64,000 bases of DNA. It comes from Phycisphaerae bacterium (lineage in GTDB: Bacteria > Planctomycetota > Phycisphaerae > UBA1845 > Fen-1342). The stretch lies in contig JASFQK010000005.1 of assembly GCA_050115495.1 (NCBI GenBank), positions 96,001 through 160,000 of the forward strand, written 5' to 3'. Position numbers and translations under genes: made by a program. The notes beneath the pieces were generated by a model. That model ran no database searches, was not told where the DNA came from, and saw only the letters and a program-made list of their open reading frames with translations. Every line of letters starts with the position of its first letter. Within the stretch, counting starts at the first letter, position 1. Of this stretch, positions 61,417 through 64,000 are shown piece after piece.

Positions 61417-64000
61417 GGCTCGATCGTCTCCATATATCGCTCCACGGTCCGCTCCACATCGGCCAGCAGCTCGGGCAGCGCCGGCAAACTCCGGCTGTTC
61501 AGCAACCCATCGACTTCGGCCCGCAGAAGCGCCCGCGACTGCATCATGTAATACTCGCGTGGCAGCGCCACGTTCACCATCTCCAGCGCCTCGACGTCGT
61601 TGTCGGCGACGCGCACTCGGTACACCTGCCCGCCATCCACCGGCAGCCGGGCACAATACACCCAACGCGGGTCGCGGCGGTTGTACGGGCACCATTCCGG
61701 CACGAGGGCCGTGTATGGCTCGTCGCCGGGCAGTGGAACGCGCGTCAGCGTGCCCGCCGCCACGTCGAGCCGGATCAACCCCTGATCGCTGATGAGGAAC
61801 ACGACCGTCGCCGGCCCGTCGCCTTCGGGCGGCGCCGCGTGCACGAGGAAGTGCGGCTCGTCGTCGAGGCCGAGTTCCTCCGCCAGCCCGGGCGACGTCC
61901 ACGCCCGACCGTGGGCCCGGTCGAGCAGCACGTGCGGACCGCCGCGGATCGCCACGTGCACCAGGTCCGGCGCACGCGGCACGCGCTGCAACAGGCCGAT
62001 CTCCGGCAGATCCGGATCGGCGACGAACTCCCGGTTGCTGACCAGGTCCTGCCGCCAATACTCGCCCATCTCGCCGGCGGTCGGCACGGGCACTGCGGCC
62101 AACAGCGGGGCCAGTGCGTCCAGCGCCGGCCGGGCGTCCTGATCGAACGCGGCCAGGTCTTCCGTCGCGATGTTCAGCACGAGCGGCGGCGCGTCGTCCA
62201 TCCGCACCTCGACGATCCGCCGGCGATCGCAGATGTACGCCCGCCCCTCGTCCGTATAGCCGAGCCACGGCCAGTTGAGCGGCCCCGGGAACCACGTCAG
62301 CGAGGGCCGATCCACCGGCGTGACCGCACCGGTCGCCGACTCGAACCGCAGCAGTTGCCGTCCTCGCGTGAGCACGAGCCACGCCACCTGGTCACGTCCC
62401 AGCGGCACCGCCAGCAGCAGCCCGCGCACCACCGACGGGGCGCCCGGCCGTCCGCCGATCTCGCCGGCGAATTCCGCCGTCGACCGCAGCGCTGCCGCCC
62501 CGGGCAAACCCGCGGCTCGCGCCAGGGCCGCCTGCGCTTCGGGAATCCGCTCCGCGGCGAGGTGTTCGAGCGCCTCGAACATCGCCAGCCAGCCTTCGTG
62601 TTGCGGGTCGTCCGGACAATCGCCCAGCCGTTCACGCGCCGCCGCCAGCACCGCCGGATCCATCGTGCCCAGCGCGTACTCCAGCAGGACCGCGGCCCGC
62701 GCGAGGGCGGGAGCGTTCTCGTCGGCGACGTTCGGCAGCATCTGGAGCAGGTGGCTGTGCACGGTGGCCGCGTTCTCCTCATGGAGCGCGTACAGCATCC
62801 AATGCGCGTACGTCCCGAGCGCATCGTTGCCGGCGTGGTTAACGAGGCTGAGCATGTCCGCCGTCCGCTCGTCCTCCGGGCAGGCGTACAGGAAGAACGC
62901 CACCTCCGCCGCCACCTGCGGATTCTGGATGTGCAGCCGGCTGACCGGCGGCCCCGGCGGCTGGAGGATGGCGCGGGCGTCTTCGTAGAAGCCGTTGAGT
63001 GCCCCCTGGGCGTCGCCGCGCAGAAATGCCAGCCAGGCGTCCGTCCGCACGCGCACCCACTTGCGCACACTCTGCGGTGCGGTGCGCAGAATCTGGCTCC
63101 GCGGCTCGATCAGCCGCAGGCACTCGGAGACCAGGTCCATCTCCGACAACATCCACGCCCCGACGGCCAGCAGGTTGCCGGCGATGCGGTCGTTGTCCGG
63201 GTGGCCGCCGAGCTGACCGCGGTATCGCGTCCACCACATGTCGGCGACGTGGGCCAGCGCCTCGGCGTAGCGGCCGGCCGGTACGAGCACGCGCTGCACC
63301 ACGATGTCCGGGTCGGTGCCGCCGTCCAGCCCGGTGGCCGACGCGTGGTTCCAGAGCTGCCACTCCATGTAGAACGGTGCCTTACCCGGTCCGGCCAGAT
63401 CGAGCGAGGACGGACTGCTCCACGGCAGGTACGGCGACAGCGGCTGACACGCGTCCGGATGCGTCGCGAGCAGGCGCGACGCGGTCCGGACATCTCCCGC
63501 CGTGTAGGCAATCACCGCCCGCAGCAGCGGCGACAGCTCCACCTCGGGCACGGGCCCTTCCAGTTCACTGAGCAGTCCGTGGGCTCGCTCGGCGTAGCCG
63601 GCGTTGTACCAATACACGGCGGCAGCGATCGTCGCCCCGCGCGGCGCCTGGTAGTCGCATAGGGCCGGTCCGTCTTCGAACGATAGCGGCCCCACCTCGC
63701 GCGGCCCACCCGGTCCGCGGGCACGCAGCATGTACCCGACGTTCGTATCTCGGGCCCGCTCTCGCAACTCGCCGACGCTGCCCACCCGCCGGTTGTTCAC
63801 GTGCGTGATCAAGTCGCCCGGTTGCAGCAGCCCGGCGAGGTCGCCGCGGATGACGAGGACGGCCGCTTCGGGCGGAGCGATGTTCTCGATGATGAAGCGC
63901 AGGCGGAAGCGGACCTCCGGATCGGTCTCGCGTTCGAGCCGTTCGCGCAGGGCCGGCCCGATCTCCTCACCCAGGGTCAGCAGGTGCTGCGTCGCCGCCT
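61413..64000 (-). CDS. Large hypothetical protein with HEAT-like and PDZ-like regions (partial, start outside window)
   Basis: Frame stays open to the window end: ..ALRERLERETDPEVRFRL..GLLQPGDLITHVNNRRV.., followed by a helical repeat region. Confidence 0.75.
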   Translation of the reverse strand, partial: AATQHLLTLGEEIGPALRERLERETDPEVRFRLRFIIENIAPPEAAVLVIRGDLAGLLQPGDLITHVNNRRVGSVGELRERARDTNVGYMLRARGPGGPREVGPLSFEDGPALCDYQAPRGATIAAAVYWYNAGYAERAHGLLSELEGPVPEVELSPLLRAVIAYTAGDVRTASRLLATHPDACQPLSPYLPWSSPSSLDLAGPGKAPFYMEWQLWNHASATGLDGGTDPDIVVQRVLVPAGRYAEALAHVADMWWTRYRGQLGGHPDNDRIAGNLLAVGAWMLSEMDLVSECLRLIEPRSQILRTAPQSVRKWVRVRTDAWLAFLRGDAQGALNGFYEDARAILQPPGPPVSRLHIQNPQVAAEVAFFLYACPEDERTADMLSLVNHAGNDALGTYAHWMLYALHEENAATVHSHLLQMLPNVADENAPALARAAVLLEYALGTMDPAVLAAARERLGDCPDDPQHEGWLAMFEALEHLAAERIPEAQAALARAAGLPGAAALRSTAEFAGEIGGRPGAPSVVRGLLLAVPLGRDQVAWLVLTRGRQLLRFESATGAVTPVDRPSLTWFPGPLNWPWLGYTDEGRAYICDRRRIVEVRMDDAPPLVLNIATEDLAAFDQDARPALDALAPLLAAVPVPTAGEMGEYWRQDLVSNREFVADPDLPEIGLLQRVPRAPDLVHVAIRGGPHVLLDRAHGRAWTSPGLAEELGLDDEPHFLVHAAPPEGDGPATVVFLISDQGLIRLDVAAGTLTRVPLPGDEPYTALVPEWCPYNRRDPRWVYCARLPVDGGQVYRVRVADNDVEALEMVNVALPREYYMMQSRALLRAEVDGLLNSRSLPALPELLADVERTVERYMETIEP

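Noticed and set aside
61417..62382. N-terminal extension of hutH (833-aa ORF)
   Set aside because: An alternate-frame, Arg/Ala-rich overlap with the upstream gene. The real start is at 61416.

Overview
High-GC bacterial chromosomal window, most consistent with Phycisphaerae (Planctomycetota). This is inferred from the gene repertoire: DUF4159 protein, Ser/Thr kinase, GACC-repeat/dockerin surface protein, PEP-CTERM, lpxB. About 50 CDS and one tRNA(CAT, probably Ile2) are supported. No integrase, transposase, prophage or CRISPR array is seen. Main blocks: (1) Yip1/MFP/ABC exporter; (2) a PAS(CX8CX3C)-sigma54 activator with AT-rich enhancer region driving an Orp-like operon (3 NifB/NifX proteins, DUF5320, ferredoxin, ARMT1, 2 MinD-ferredoxin ATPases, MBL hydrolase), with divergent DUF1847; (3) a non-pyrrolysine MttB + MetH-activation domain + corrinoid protein + homocysteine methyltransferase operon; (4) a PlsC-ACP-ligase fusion; (5) orphan flagellin and orphan GlmL; (6) a beta-oxidation operon and proC; (7) two GT-C glycosyltransferases; (8) hutH. 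Best candidates for undescribed biology: a ~1340-aa Cys-rich secreted protein with a C-terminal dockerin-like domain, followed directly by a small cohesin-like PEP-CTERM protein (possible exosortase-anchored cohesin-dockerin surface display), and an unannotated ~130-nt sRNA with its own promoter and terminator next to an Rrf2 gene. All family calls come from motif recognition by eye; no searches were run.
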